Source of the DNA: a virus
Lineage: Duplodnaviria; Heunggongvirae; Uroviricota; Caudoviricetes
Direction: 5' to 3' (one strand)
DNA: 64,000 nt
Virus record (IMG/VR): IMGVR_UViG_3300032007_003791
The position numbers and the translations under genes were made by a program. Position 1 is the stretch's first letter. Each line of letters opens with the position of its first letter. Shown piece by piece: positions 8,503 to 18,162 of this stretch. The notes under the pieces are model-generated. The model was not told where the DNA came from. It worked only from the letters and a program-made list of their open reading frames with translations, and did not search any database.

Positions 8503-10845
8503 TTATTTATGGACTACACGGTCATGCAGCTCGGCTTTCTTGCCGCTGTTCCAGCGCTCGGTAGTGCCGACGAGGTAGCCGGTGATGCGCTGCAGCAGGT
8601 CGAGTCTGGTGCTGCCACAGCGCGGGCATTCTTTGAGTCCGCTCTGGCCGGTTTCGTAACCGCAATCCAGGCAACGTATGCGGTTGTGGTTAACGCTGCC
8701 GTAGCCGATGTTGTATTTATCCATGAGGTCTACGACACGCATGATTGCTTCCGGGTTATGGGTGGCATCGCCGTCCATTTCAATATAGAAGATATGTCCG
8801 GCACGGGTGAGCTCGTGGTACGGGCCTTCAATGGCGGCTTTTTCTTCCGGCGTGCAGTGGTAGTAGACCGGGACGTGATTGGAGTTGGTGTAGTAATCCT
8901 TGTCGGTAACGCCTTTGATGATGCCGAATTTCTTCTTGTCAATTTTTGTAAAGCGACCGGCGAGGCCCTCTGCGGGCGTGGCGAGGACGGAATACTGGTG
9001 TTGATAGAGGTCGCAGTACTTACTGGACTGGTCACGGAAGAATGTGATTATCTTGAGACCGAGGGCCTGTGCTTCCTTACTTTCGGCATGGTGTTTCCCG
9101 ATGAGGGCGATGAGGCATTCGGCGAGCCCGATGAAGCCGATGCCGAGCGTCCCCTGTTTGAGGACCGGGGCGACGGTATCGTTCGGGCCGAGTTTTTCAC
9201 TGCCTATCCACATTCCGCTCATCAGCAGCGGGAACTGCTTGGCAAGGGCGGTAGCCTGGAACTCGTAACGCTGATGGAGCTGCAGCGCCGTAGTATCGAG
9301 GAGATTCTCAAGGTTGGTAAAGAAACGTTCGATGGTTTTCTCGTCAGCGTTGCCGTATTCCAATCCGGCTTCTTTCATGGTCTTCATGGCGAGGCCGGGG
9401 AGATTCAGCGTCGAGAAACTGAGGTTCCCGCGGCCAATAGAGGTCTTCGGACCGAAGCGGTTCTCATAGACACGGGTACGGCAACCCATGGTCGCTACCT
9501 CGTGCTCGAAGCGACGGGGATCGTCCGCCTTCCAGGCTTCGTCCTGGTTATAGGTTGCATCGAGATTGAGGTAGTTCGGGAAGAAACGCTTGGCCGTAAC
9601 CTTGCAGGCGAAGCAGTAAAGGTCGTAGTTGGGGTCACCGGGGAGGTACGACACGCCGCGTTTTTTCTTCCAAATCTGGATGGGGAAGATAGCTGTCTCG
9701 CCGTTGCCCACCCCTTCGTAGGTGGTGTTCAGTATTTCCCGGATGATGCAGCGGCCTTCCGGGGAGGTATCGGTCCCGTAGTTGATGGAGGAGAAGACCA
9801 CCTGGTTACCACCGCGGCTGTGGATGGTATTCATATTGTGCACGAACGACTCCATCGCCTGATGGACACGCCTGACAGTCCGATTGATGGCAATCTGTTG
9901 AATCCGGACAAGGGGTTCATTGGCGTGTTCATCAAAGAATTTTGACAACTCATATCCTTTAATTTCGATGTAATCCTTGATATTCTCATTACCCATTGTA
10001 ATCACGTCACCGTAATCACAACCGATAATATCATCCTTCCCTAGTTCAATAGCGAAAGCACGCATATCATCAGCAAGTTTCATAAGTTCTTCCTGATAAG
10101 CCATTCTTACATACGGTGCTAAGTAAAAATCAAAGGCCGGGATGGCCTGTCCGCCATGCATCTCGTTCTGCACAGCCTCCATAGTGATACAGGCGACGGT
10201 AGCCGCCGTCTCGATACGCTTGGCGGGACGTACGGAAGCATGGCCGTCCACGAAGCCGTTTTTAAGCAGCTTGTCTGTCGGATGCTGGATACAGGTGAGG
10301 CTCTTTGTCGGGTAGTAATCCTTGTCGTGGATATGAAGGAGGTTATCCTTGACAGCCTCCCGAACTTGTTCTGAAAGGAGGTTTTCGTCCACGTAGGTCT
10401 TGGTAGTCTCGGATGCGAATTTCATCATCATGCCGGCGGGCGTATCGGCGTTCATGTTCGCGTTCTCGCGGGTGATGTCGTTGGCCTGGGCTTGGATGAT
10501 TGAGTCGAAGATCTCTTTGGTGTCCGCTTTACGGGCGATATTGCGTTTCTCGCGGTAGCGGATATACTGCTTGGCGACAGCGGGACGGGAGGACCGCATG
10601 AGCACCGTTTCCACCATCTCGTGGATACGGTTCACGGGAAGGGTTTCGATGTTCTCGGAGATGCAGATTTCCTCCAGGCAGTCAACTACTGTCTGGGTGA
10701 GCTCGTGGGCGGTGGCGGTATTGGCGCCTATTTCGTCGTCAGCGCTGGCCATAGCCTTGAGGATGGCCGTTTCTATGCGCTGTGGGTCGAAGGCCCGGAT
10801 TCTGCCGTCACGCTTGCGGACGGACTGGATGGTAAACTGTTTCAT
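8503..10845 (-). CDS. nrdD: anaerobic ribonucleoside-triphosphate reductase (class III RNR)
   Basis: 780 aa; N-terminal ATP-cone (VRKRDGRIRAFDPQRIETAI), C-terminal Zn-ribbon (CLDCGYE...CPRCGS) followed by glycyl-radical motif RITGYL. Confidence 0.9.
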   Translation of the reverse strand: MKQFTIQSVRKRDGRIRAFDPQRIETAILKAMASADDEIGANTATAHELTQTVVDCLEEICISENIETLPVNRIHEMVETVLMRSSRPAVAKQYIRYREKRNIARKADTKEIFDSIIQAQANDITRENANMNADTPAGMMMKFASETTKTYVDENLLSEQVREAVKDNLLHIHDKDYYPTKSLTCIQHPTDKLLKNGFVDGHASVRPAKRIETAATVACITMEAVQNEMHGGQAIPAFDFYLAPYVRMAYQEELMKLADDMRAFAIELGKDDIIGCDYGDVITMGNENIKDYIEIKGYELSKFFDEHANEPLVRIQQIAINRTVRRVHQAMESFVHNMNTIHSRGGNQVVFSSINYGTDTSPEGRCIIREILNTTYEGVGNGETAIFPIQIWKKKRGVSYLPGDPNYDLYCFACKVTAKRFFPNYLNLDATYNQDEAWKADDPRRFEHEVATMGCRTRVYENRFGPKTSIGRGNLSFSTLNLPGLAMKTMKEAGLEYGNADEKTIERFFTNLENLLDTTALQLHQRYEFQATALAKQFPLLMSGMWIGSEKLGPNDTVAPVLKQGTLGIGFIGLAECLIALIGKHHAESKEAQALGLKIITFFRDQSSKYCDLYQHQYSVLATPAEGLAGRFTKIDKKKFGIIKGVTDKDYYTNSNHVPVYYHCTPEEKAAIEGPYHELTRAGHIFYIEMDGDATHNPEAIMRVVDLMDKYNIGYGSVNHNRIRCLDCGYETGQSGLKECPRCGSTRLDLLQRITGYLVGTTERWNSGKKAELHDRVVHK

Positions 10846-10851
10846 AGTGCA

Positions 10852-12282
10852 CTATTTATTAATGAATTTTCTTTTGTATTTCCTTGGTTTTCTGGTGAGA
10901 TCTCTCCAGATTTCCTTGCCGATATTTTGGAACTCGTTTATTTCATCCCTCTTGAGTTGACGTTCTATCGTATCGAGGAACATGTCACGTTTCTTCTGGA
11001 CGTAATCCTGGTGCCTCTTTTCGTATTCTTCTTTCTTTTCCTGTGATGTCTGCCAAATCTCAGCCCTTTCCTTGATGTCTTCGACGCGGAGGGCCGGGAG
11101 GAGGTCGGATGCCTTGTAGGCCGCTTTCGTCCGCTGGTCCACGATTGTGACACCGAAGAGTTCTCCGTTCACGTTGAAGGAGAAACAGGCATGGAGTCCT
11201 TTCTTTTGCAGCATCTTCTCGAAGTGGCGCTGCGATTTGGAAATCCCCAGGAAGTAGGAAGCCGTGCGCCCTATTCTTGCGCGGTCGGGCCGCGTTGATG
11301 ATTTGATGGCGGATGCTTCTTCGGAGTATTTCTTTATGGACTCTTCCATTATCTGATGGGAGTCCATTTTCAATTCCGTTTCCTTGATAGGCGTCGTGAC
11401 GTTCTCTTCGTTTTCGTTGAGTCCCTGAAAAGACAGATGGATTCCTTTCTTATTGGTATACTCCGTGACTCTAAGGCCCATCATTTCACATACGGCGGCG
11501 AACTGGTTAAAGGTCGTGAAGCGGTATTTCAGTGCTTCATTGAAGATATCTTTAACCTGCTGTTTTACCTTTCCTTTATCCCTTTCGAAACGAACAGGTA
11601 TATTCGTTTTTTCGGTGAAAACCTCTTCCCTTTCGGGTTTTTCCGTTTGGCTGTAATCGTATACAGGTTCGGGGTCCGGGAGCATGCTCCCTACTGAGGA
11701 CATTCCGTCAAAGTCCAGAATGGGTTCCATGATAGGTTCGTAGATTGGTCCGGTAGGAACCGTTTCAATATTTCTGTTATTTAACGAAGTCTGTTCTACT
11801 GTTTTCTTTTTGTTCGAGGGACTGCCAAGTGTATAATGGTATTTGGTTTCAAGACGCTTGGTGATTTTCTCCAGGCGTCTTTTTTCGAACTTGTCGCTAA
11901 TCTTCTTCCCTTTTGCGTCGACACGGCACGAAACGACATGGTAGTGGGTGCGTTCAATATCGTGGTGCTTATAGACTACGAAGGGCTGTTTGCCGTAGCC
12001 CATTTTTTCCATGATTTCCGTGGCAAGAGCGAAAGCCTCCTGGTCGGAGAGCGCTTCCGCTTCTATCTCCGGATTCGGATTGATAGAGAGCTGGAACGTC
12101 AGGTTATCTGTACGGATATTCGCTCTTTCAAGTCTTCCGAAGACAAGGCGGGTAAAAGGAGGGTCAGCCTTCGGCATGCCGCTGAATCCAATGACGGAAG
12201 CAACGCCCTTCTTTACTTTGCTTTCGTTGTAAACAAGGGTGCCGTTCATTGCCGGGCGGCTTTTATGTATTTTTACTACCAT
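10852..12282 (-). CDS. mobB: MOB-family relaxase (MobB-like)
   Basis: 476 aa; relaxase His-triad motif HHDIERTHYHVV (HxDxxxxHxH); adjacent to the MobA-like and coupling protein genes. Confidence 0.8.
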   Translation of the reverse strand: MVVKIHKSRPAMNGTLVYNESKVKKGVASVIGFSGMPKADPPFTRLVFGRLERANIRTDNLTFQLSINPNPEIEAEALSDQEAFALATEIMEKMGYGKQPFVVYKHHDIERTHYHVVSCRVDAKGKKISDKFEKRRLEKITKRLETKYHYTLGSPSNKKKTVEQTSLNNRNIETVPTGPIYEPIMEPILDFDGMSSVGSMLPDPEPVYDYSQTEKPEREEVFTEKTNIPVRFERDKGKVKQQVKDIFNEALKYRFTTFNQFAAVCEMMGLRVTEYTNKKGIHLSFQGLNENEENVTTPIKETELKMDSHQIMEESIKKYSEEASAIKSSTRPDRARIGRTASYFLGISKSQRHFEKMLQKKGLHACFSFNVNGELFGVTIVDQRTKAAYKASDLLPALRVEDIKERAEIWQTSQEKKEEYEKRHQDYVQKKRDMFLDTIERQLKRDEINEFQNIGKEIWRDLTRKPRKYKRKFINK

Positions 12283-12341
12283 ATTTAACTATACTGGTCG
12301 GAAAGTTTGCGGAAGGCGAAGGAGATTTCTTTGAGTGGCAG

Positions 12342-12680
12342 TCACCACTCGCCCGGCTGGGTAGGACTATCTCCTTTCTTGGGCGGGAGTTCGACCTTCC
12401 AGGCGGAGACGCTGTTATGCAGGTATTCCTTCCCGTCTTGGCTGCGGCTGGTTGTCTGGCGGAAGTTACCGAAAACGGAGACGTATTGTCCTTTCTTAAG
12501 GAAAGGGAATACGCCGGACTTGGAACAGGTTACCTCGTAGTAGGTGGTAATACGGCCCGTCTTGGTCTGTTCGTTACAGGCCATATTGAAACTGATGAAT
12601 TCAGCGGTTACTCCGTTCTCGTTCGAGGTGCGGATTACTGCATCTCTTGTAAGGTTGCCTGTTAAAAAGATAATCTGCAT
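12342..12680 (-). CDS. ssb: short single-stranded DNA-binding protein (OB-fold)
   Basis: 112 aa; SSB-like N-terminus IIFLTGNLTRDAVIRTSNENGVTAEFISFNMACNE and a YVSVFGNFR-type beta strand. Confidence 0.55.
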   Translation of the reverse strand: MQIIFLTGNLTRDAVIRTSNENGVTAEFISFNMACNEQTKTGRITTYYEVTCSKSGVFPFLKKGQYVSVFGNFRQTTSRSQDGKEYLHNSVSAWKVELPPKKGDSPTQPGEW

Positions 12681-12684
12681 ATCT

Positions 12685-13095
12685 CTATTCGTTGTTAATC
12701 GTACTCATTTCATCAATGTTGTCTATGATCTGCGTCTGGAGGTCATAGACCTTTTCCGTGAGGAGTTCCAGGCGGTGGATGTGTTCATCCACGATGGGAA
12801 TGGTCAGGGCCCTTGCCTGGTGGAGCCGGTTGTAACTGGCGACGACCTGGTTGTAGTTACGTCCGATTTCCTGAATCCGGCGGGAAAGGATGTCTACCCT
12901 GTTAAGGACCTCGCGGTCCTTTACCTTGCCACGTGATTTGTACTTCGTCTTACGGAGTACGGTATCACGGATATAACGGGCAAATGACATGTAACCGAAA
13001 GCAGCCATTTCGGATAATATTTGTTCGTTTTCATCCACTGTGAGTTTTATGGTGTGACATATAACTCTTGGATTTTTGCTTTTCGGTCTTCCCAT
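12685..13095 (-). CDS. mobA: mobilization relaxosome accessory protein (MobA-like RHH)
   Basis: 136 aa, basic N-terminus. First gene of the mob operon, divergent from the ParA operon across the candidate oriT. Confidence 0.65.
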   Translation of the reverse strand: MGRPKSKNPRVICHTIKLTVDENEQILSEMAAFGYMSFARYIRDTVLRKTKYKSRGKVKDREVLNRVDILSRRIQEIGRNYNQVVASYNRLHQARALTIPIVDEHIHRLELLTEKVYDLQTQIIDNIDEMSTINNE

Positions 13096-13513
13096 TTTTT
13101 CGTTGTCTACCTTTTATTCAAAGCATTCAATTGTCCCATATAGAAGAACGCGACTCCGGAGCGGTCTTCCCCCTCCCCTGTAGTGGGAGGGCCAGTGAGC
13201 ACCACTGTGGGGTGCGTTGTTTTCAGGAACCTGAAAACACATCTGGCAGTTACATGAACACCTGCCAGAAGGGGGCCCACATTACAAAGGTAGTGGTTTT
13301 TATTTAAATCGCAATATTTTTTGCGGAAAAAGAAATGTTTTTCTATATTTGTGGTGTGTAAGAAACTATAAGGGGTTATAAATCGCTTTATAAAAACAGA
13401 AACTTATACATGGTTGTAAAAGACATTATAACCTTATAAGCGTCTATAAAGTGTTTTATAGAGTTATACGTAGTTATAAGGCTCCTTATAATTAAGGTGA
13501 AAGAGGAATAGTT
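13096..13513. promoter_or_regulatory. candidate oriT / divergent promoter region with iteron array
   Basis: Intergenic region between divergent mobA (-) and DUF3408/ParA (+) operons. Perfect inverted repeat gttttcagg-aa-cctgaaaac (~13213-13235); inverted repeat ctggcag...ctgccag (~13243-13271); 7-bp hairpin ccctccc/gggaggg (~13170-13190). At least 11 TTATAA/TTATAC-type repeats between 13365 and 13494 at roughly helical spacing. Confidence 0.5.
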
Positions 13514-13972
13514 TTGCGGCCGCCGTGTGCGGACGATTTTAAAAGGATTTTTATGGCGAAAAGAGAACCTTTAAAGGAAGGCATGTTTAAGAACGGGTTT
13601 AATTTTTCGGAGCCCGTTGCGGCTCCTGTTGAGGAGTCGGTCAAGGTCGAAGTTGAGGAGACGGTTTCTGATTCTTCTGCCGGTGAGGTTTCCCCTCCCC
13701 CGGAGGAGGTTTCCGTTTCGGAACCCGTACCTGCGAAGATTGTAAGGAAAGGGCGTCGTGCTTCTGGTCGTAACGCGGAGAAGGTTGATAAGGTCACTTC
13801 GAAGGAAGGGGGCAAGACGCACTTTATAATCCAGACGCGGGTTGTGAAGAGGGTCCGTTTGCTTCATATGGTATGGAATAACTGCCAGGGGCTTAATATG
13901 AGTATAGATGATTTTGTTGAGCTTCTGGTGGACAGTTTTTCTGATATTCACAAGTCTGAGATTCGTATTTGA
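13514..13972 (+). CDS. DUF3408-like conjugative-element protein
   Basis: 152 aa; C-terminal domain RLLHMVWNNCQGLNMSIDDFVELLVD, duplicated in the next ORF. Sits before the ParA-like gene as in CTn tra operons. Confidence 0.5.
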   Translation: MRPPCADDFKRIFMAKREPLKEGMFKNGFNFSEPVAAPVEESVKVEVEETVSDSSAGEVSPPPEEVSVSEPVPAKIVRKGRRASGRNAEKVDKVTSKEGGKTHFIIQTRVVKRVRLLHMVWNNCQGLNMSIDDFVELLVDSFSDIHKSEIRI

Positions 13973-13994
13973 TAATTTGATAGAATAAGAAGTT

Positions 13995-14219
13995 ATGGAA
14001 AGTAAAGAGTGCAAGAAAAATCAAAAGAGTGCATCTAAGGAAGATAGTCGTACTCATCTTTTTGTTCGTACCAGGAGTATTAAGAGAATACGTCTGTTAC
14101 GTCTGTTATGGAATAACTGTCAGGGAACGGATATGAGTCTGGATGATTTTTTTGAGGTTTTAGCAGATGATTTCTGCGTTAAGCATAAGTCTGATTTACA
14201 AGGTTTATTAAATATTTGA
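13995..14219 (+). CDS. DUF3408-like protein, paralog of the preceding ORF
   Basis: 74 aa; RLLRLLWNNCQGTDMSLDDFFEVLADDF aligns with the C-terminus of 13514..13972. Confidence 0.45.
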   Translation: MESKECKKNQKSASKEDSRTHLFVRTRSIKRIRLLRLLWNNCQGTDMSLDDFFEVLADDFCVKHKSDLQGLLNI

Positions 14220-14223
14220 TATT

Positions 14224-14985
14224 ATGGCTGTTTTTTCATTCTTTAACGAGAAGGGAGGTTCTGGTAAGAGCCTTCACAGTGTGCTTTTCGGTAGTTACCT
14301 GGCGTACGCCCGTGGCGCGAGGGTCTGCCTGTTGGATTTCGAGTTTGTTCCCCGCCTCGAGAAGACACGGAAGAACGAGGACAATTTTCTTTCGGATGAG
14401 AAATCCGTTCTTTCGCGTTACCTCGCTTCGCACCCCCAGGAGGACGGCGTACTGGATATTGTGAACGTCCCGAAGGAGATTCTTACGGAGCGCGTCAACC
14501 AGCGTGAGAAGATTAGTGATTATGTCAGCGACATGTCGACGAAGTACGATTATGTCATCATGGACCTCCCGGCGGAGTTCAGTACGGCACAGTCCCTTTC
14601 GTTTATCGCCTTGCAGTGTATCGTGGATATGGTTGCGGTTCCTTTTGATTATACTCCGACGGTCTTTACCTGTGCGGCCAATACTGCTGAGGTCCTGCGG
14701 AATATCAGTGTTCCGACGGTGATGTTTTGGAATAAAGTCTCTGCCCGCTACTTGAAGCGTGACGATTTCCTGGATCGCCTTGAGGTTCGTCTTATTGATA
14801 TGGGGTTCGACGTTCTTCCGCACCGTATCAAGTACTTCCAGAAGGCGATGCGTGAGTCCAAGGAGCAGTTCTTTGTGGTTTCCACTTATTGCTGGCCGCG
14901 TCGTTATGTGGAGATGTCCTGTCCGGCGCTTGAGCTGCTTTACAGCTGCTTGAAGGAACGGTTGGATGCTATTGTTGCGGAGTAG
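14224..14985 (+). CDS. ParA-family ATPase (TraA-like of conjugative transposons)
   Basis: 253 aa; deviant Walker A NEKGGSGKS at the N-terminus. Confidence 0.8.
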   Translation: MAVFSFFNEKGGSGKSLHSVLFGSYLAYARGARVCLLDFEFVPRLEKTRKNEDNFLSDEKSVLSRYLASHPQEDGVLDIVNVPKEILTERVNQREKISDYVSDMSTKYDYVIMDLPAEFSTAQSLSFIALQCIVDMVAVPFDYTPTVFTCAANTAEVLRNISVPTVMFWNKVSARYLKRDDFLDRLEVRLIDMGFDVLPHRIKYFQKAMRESKEQFFVVSTYCWPRRYVEMSCPALELLYSCLKERLDAIVAE

Positions 14986-14988
14986 TAT

Positions 14989-15381
14989 ATGTATTATTTG
15001 GATAAGGACGGGTTTTATGACGAGCTCTTGGAACTGAATGGCCGCCGGCTTTCTTGTATCAGCGGTTATTGTAGTTCCATGAGTGTCCGTTGGGTTAACA
15101 TCGACGGGCGCAGGGTGTATGGTCATGAGTTGAGGATGTTCAATATGAAGGGGCATGCCTTTACGGTTTTTCTTCCCCCTGAAAAGGACGTTATTCGTGA
15201 TGCGATGGGTTTCCTTTGGAATTTTATAAGCACGAAGCCTCATTCGTCCTTGTTTAGTTTTATCTACCGTGCTGGGCCGGATAAGCGTTGTACTTTCATT
15301 ATCATGTATGATGGCAATGTGGTTTTTCCGGTTTATCATCGGTTGAATTTTAATAAGGAGGATTCTCATGGCAAGAAGTAA
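14989..15381 (+). CDS. hypothetical protein (tra-operon small protein)
   Basis: 130 aa ORF, 14-nt overlap with the next ORF. Confidence 0.4.
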   Translation: MYYLDKDGFYDELLELNGRRLSCISGYCSSMSVRWVNIDGRRVYGHELRMFNMKGHAFTVFLPPEKDVIRDAMGFLWNFISTKPHSSLFSFIYRAGPDKRCTFIIMYDGNVVFPVYHRLNFNKEDSHGKK

Positions 15382-15757
15382 GAAAGTCGTAAGTGAGGAA
15401 CAGCGTTCCGAGGCTTCTGTTTGTGGTGATTGTGAGGAGGCGTACGGTTACTGTTGGCCGGTGCTTGATGGCGCTCCGTATTTCTGTCGTTGTCCGCTTC
15501 ACCCGTATGGTCTCCTATGCGTGTCTAAGGCTGCATGCGGGGTTTTCAGGAAACGTATATCTCCACGTCCGAAGGTGGTGACCGAACGCGTGTCGCCAGG
15601 GATGGAGACTTCCCCTGCTCCGGAGAAGGTTGTTCCGTTGTTCCGCATCGGTGAGCGCCGTCCCTGGAAGACCGTTCCTGTTTCGGAAATCCCCGTAGGT
15701 GGCATCAGTTGGGACGGCACTCCCTCCGTGAAACCGCAAGAGGACACAGAGTGGTAA
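15368..15757 (+). CDS. hypothetical Cys-rich (zinc-ribbon-like) protein
   Basis: 129 aa; CGDCEE...YCWP...FCRCPLHPYGLLC...ACG cysteine pattern. Confidence 0.4.
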   Translation: MARSKKVVSEEQRSEASVCGDCEEAYGYCWPVLDGAPYFCRCPLHPYGLLCVSKAACGVFRKRISPRPKVVTERVSPGMETSPAPEKVVPLFRIGERRPWKTVPVSEIPVGGISWDGTPSVKPQEDTEW

Positions 15758-15788
15758 TTAGATAATTGACATAATAGAGTTAATAGAC

Positions 15789-16424
15789 ATGGCAAAGAGT
15801 ATTATTGGCAATGGTGGTTTCAGTTCCACTTTCAAGTTATGGAATGCGTGCGACGGTGATAGTGGGAACGAAGCTTTGGCATACGTTCATTTTTCTGGCG
15901 GGTACGCCTATGCTTCCAATGCGCATATTCTTGTGCGTATTCCCTTGGACAGGTGTACGGGTTTCGACGAAGAGGAGCGTTCGCGTCTTGCAGGGAAGTC
16001 CATACACATGGACCTTTTGAAGTACCTCTCGAAGTACGACAATCTTTCGGTCGTGGACCACGAGTACGTGGATGAGGACGGGGAGGAAGTGAAGACGGCA
16101 TGTATAGAGGGTTGGATAGAGAAGTGTCGCGTAAGTGTAGACCTTGCGACGCAGGATATGGTCCGCCGTCCGGACTTTGAGAAAGTGTTGTCGGTGGGCA
16201 GCGGTACACGGAAGCGTATTGAGGACATTGGTGTCAATGCGGGTTTGCTGTCGAAGTTTGTCTCCGCGATGGGTGCGGAGAATATCAAGATGCAGTTCAC
16301 GAAGGCGGATGGCAAGATTTTCATTGAGCCTGTGAGTGATGTTGAGGCTTCGGGCGGTGTCCTGGGTCTTATTATGCCGATAGCGGTGACGGGTACGCTT
16401 GATGGGTTTGATGAGGTTGAATGA
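15789..16424 (+). CDS. hypothetical protein
   Basis: 211 aa ORF. Last gene of the + operon before the G-rich noncoding tract. Confidence 0.45.
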   Translation: MAKSIIGNGGFSSTFKLWNACDGDSGNEALAYVHFSGGYAYASNAHILVRIPLDRCTGFDEEERSRLAGKSIHMDLLKYLSKYDNLSVVDHEYVDEDGEEVKTACIEGWIEKCRVSVDLATQDMVRRPDFEKVLSVGSGTRKRIEDIGVNAGLLSKFVSAMGAENIKMQFTKADGKIFIEPVSDVEASGGVLGLIMPIAVTGTLDGFDEVE

Positions 16425-16439
16425 TTTAGGGACCATCCT

Positions 16440-17683
16440 TGAGGGTGGTCTTTTTTGTTGAATGTCCGTTTGTTGGTTGTTGAGGGTGGTTAGGGGTGTT
16501 GTTTTTGTCCGCGAAAGATTCGATGTCCGTTCCTCCTTCCGTGCCAATGGGTTAGCACGGAAGAAAAGAACTGACTGTAGTCCGCGAATGTTTCATAGTC
16601 CGTTTCCCGATAGAGTCCGCGACGTTGATAAGGCGGGTTGGGACGTGCGGCCCGCGGGCCCCTTTTGTGGGTGGGATATATTGAACTCCTGGAGACGGAG
16701 GCCTGAAGTGGCCGGAGTCCCCAGGAGTTTGCGGAAAAAAGGGAAGCGGGCTTTGATTCGGTGTCCCTTGAGCCCTTGGGCTTTCAAGTGCGTTGGGAGG
16801 GCTCACGCGGGGCCCCGTGCAACGCCTCCGGCATCTCTGATGGCGAAGGCGTACGGGGAGGCGTGAGCCCGTGCGGGGAGGGAAAAGCGCGTGGAGGAAT
16901 TGGGTCAAGGTTGTGGGTAGGATGAGGAAAACTGTGTGCGTGTGTGGGGAGGCGAAAAGGGCCCCGTATGTGGGTATATCCATATGCGGTGTAAGGCGGG
17001 AGCCGAAAGGCGCAAAGCCTGGAACAGGTATATGGATATGGGTTTGTGCAGGAGTGGATAGACCCCGTAACCCTTGTGGTGAGGGGTCGGTCCTGGCATT
17101 TTTGAGCACCGGAGTTATGAAAAATATGCCCTTGGGCGTATTTTTTTACGGAGGGCGCAGGAACATGACAGGAATCCACTCCAGGTATACGGGAAAATGC
17201 GGGAGGAAAGGTTGCCGTAAAGGTGTATTGGGGGTTCATTGTTTTTGGTGGTGTTGGGCTTTGGGCGTGTCCGCGAAGGAATCGGTGTCCGTTAAACCTG
17301 CTGGTTCCTGCGAGTGTGTAGGCTATAGAGTGGAGAGAATTGCTGGAGCGGAGCCGGGCGTAGCCCAGCATATCTCCAAGGATAGCAGGATGCAGGTTTT
17401 GAATGTGCGTTTGCGTTTTATATTTTTTTTTGTTTCGGTGCAGGCCGGCCGGCAGGCCGGACTGTTGTGCGGTAGGAAGGGAAGAAAAAACGGTAGGCGA
17501 AAATAGAAAGTTGGGTTCTGTTCTTTAATGGATGCTGTTATTTTTTTCGAAGGGTGGCTGTTTGCGTTGCGTCGAAGGGGTGGAAAAAAGGCGGATGGAA
17601 ATCGTATGCCTGAGCATACGAGACACATCCGCCGTAAAGAAGGGATGCAAACGCAAAGGGCTTTTATGAAATTCGCCCGGGAA
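16440..17683. other. G-skewed gene-free tract 1 (left part; continues at 19326-19760 after the IS605 insertion)
   Basis: No credible ORF; only Gly/Arg/Cys/Trp-rich artefactual frames. Many hairpins and recurring GGGCCCC boxes. Internal direct repeat gtccgcgaa(a/g)ga(t/a)tcg(a/g)tgtccgtt at ~16503 and ~17270. Confidence 0.6.
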
Positions 17684-17766
17684 AACCCACGATTTCAATC
17701 GTGGGATGAAAGGGCGCAAAATTCTTGGAATTTCGGGAAATAATCGTTACATTTGTATGTAACGAA

Positions 17767-18162
17767 ATGAAGAAACTGGCACATCATATCACTTCAGTAG
17801 TGAACATCAGTTACCATATCATCTGGTGTCCAAAGTACCGTCGTAAAGTACTTGTTGATGATGTGGAGCAAAGATTAAAAGAAATACTTCCGCAAATTGC
17901 GGAAGAGATGGGCTGCAGGATTGAGACGATGGAAGTGATGCCAGATCACGTGCGTATATTCATGCGCGGGACGCCAACACTTCCTGTGCATTTGATTGTC
18001 AAGAATCTTAAAGCGGTCAGTGCGAGGATACTACGCTCAGAATTTCCTGAATTGAAACGTCGGATGAATACGATGTGGACCAGGAGTTACTATTGTGAGA
18101 CCGTCGGCAGCATTTCCGAGCAAACCATACAGAAGTACATCGAGAACCAGAAGAATGCTTAG
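17767..18162 (+). CDS. tnpA: IS200-type Y1 (HUH) transposase TnpA, with the HUH motif changed to HVR
   Basis: N-terminus [29 protein letters not shown]; catalytic Tyr region [23 protein letters not shown]; HUH position reads PDHVRIF (cgt codon). Start chosen at MKK (17767) rather than the track start. Confidence 0.8.
   Translation: MKKLAHHITSVVNISYHIIWCPKYRRKVLVDDVEQRLKEILPQIAEEMGCRIETMEVMPDHVRIFMRGTPTLPVHLIVKNLKAVSARILRSEFPELKRRMNTMWTRSYYCETVGSISEQTIQKYIENQKNA

Noticed and set aside
16462-17506. Long + and - strand ORFs (134, 211, 185, 195 aa) inside G-rich tract 1
   Set aside because: Their translations are Gly/Arg/Cys/Trp/Pro-rich and low-complexity, they overlap one another in several frames, and they have no motifs. 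They are artefacts of G-skewed DNA, not genes.
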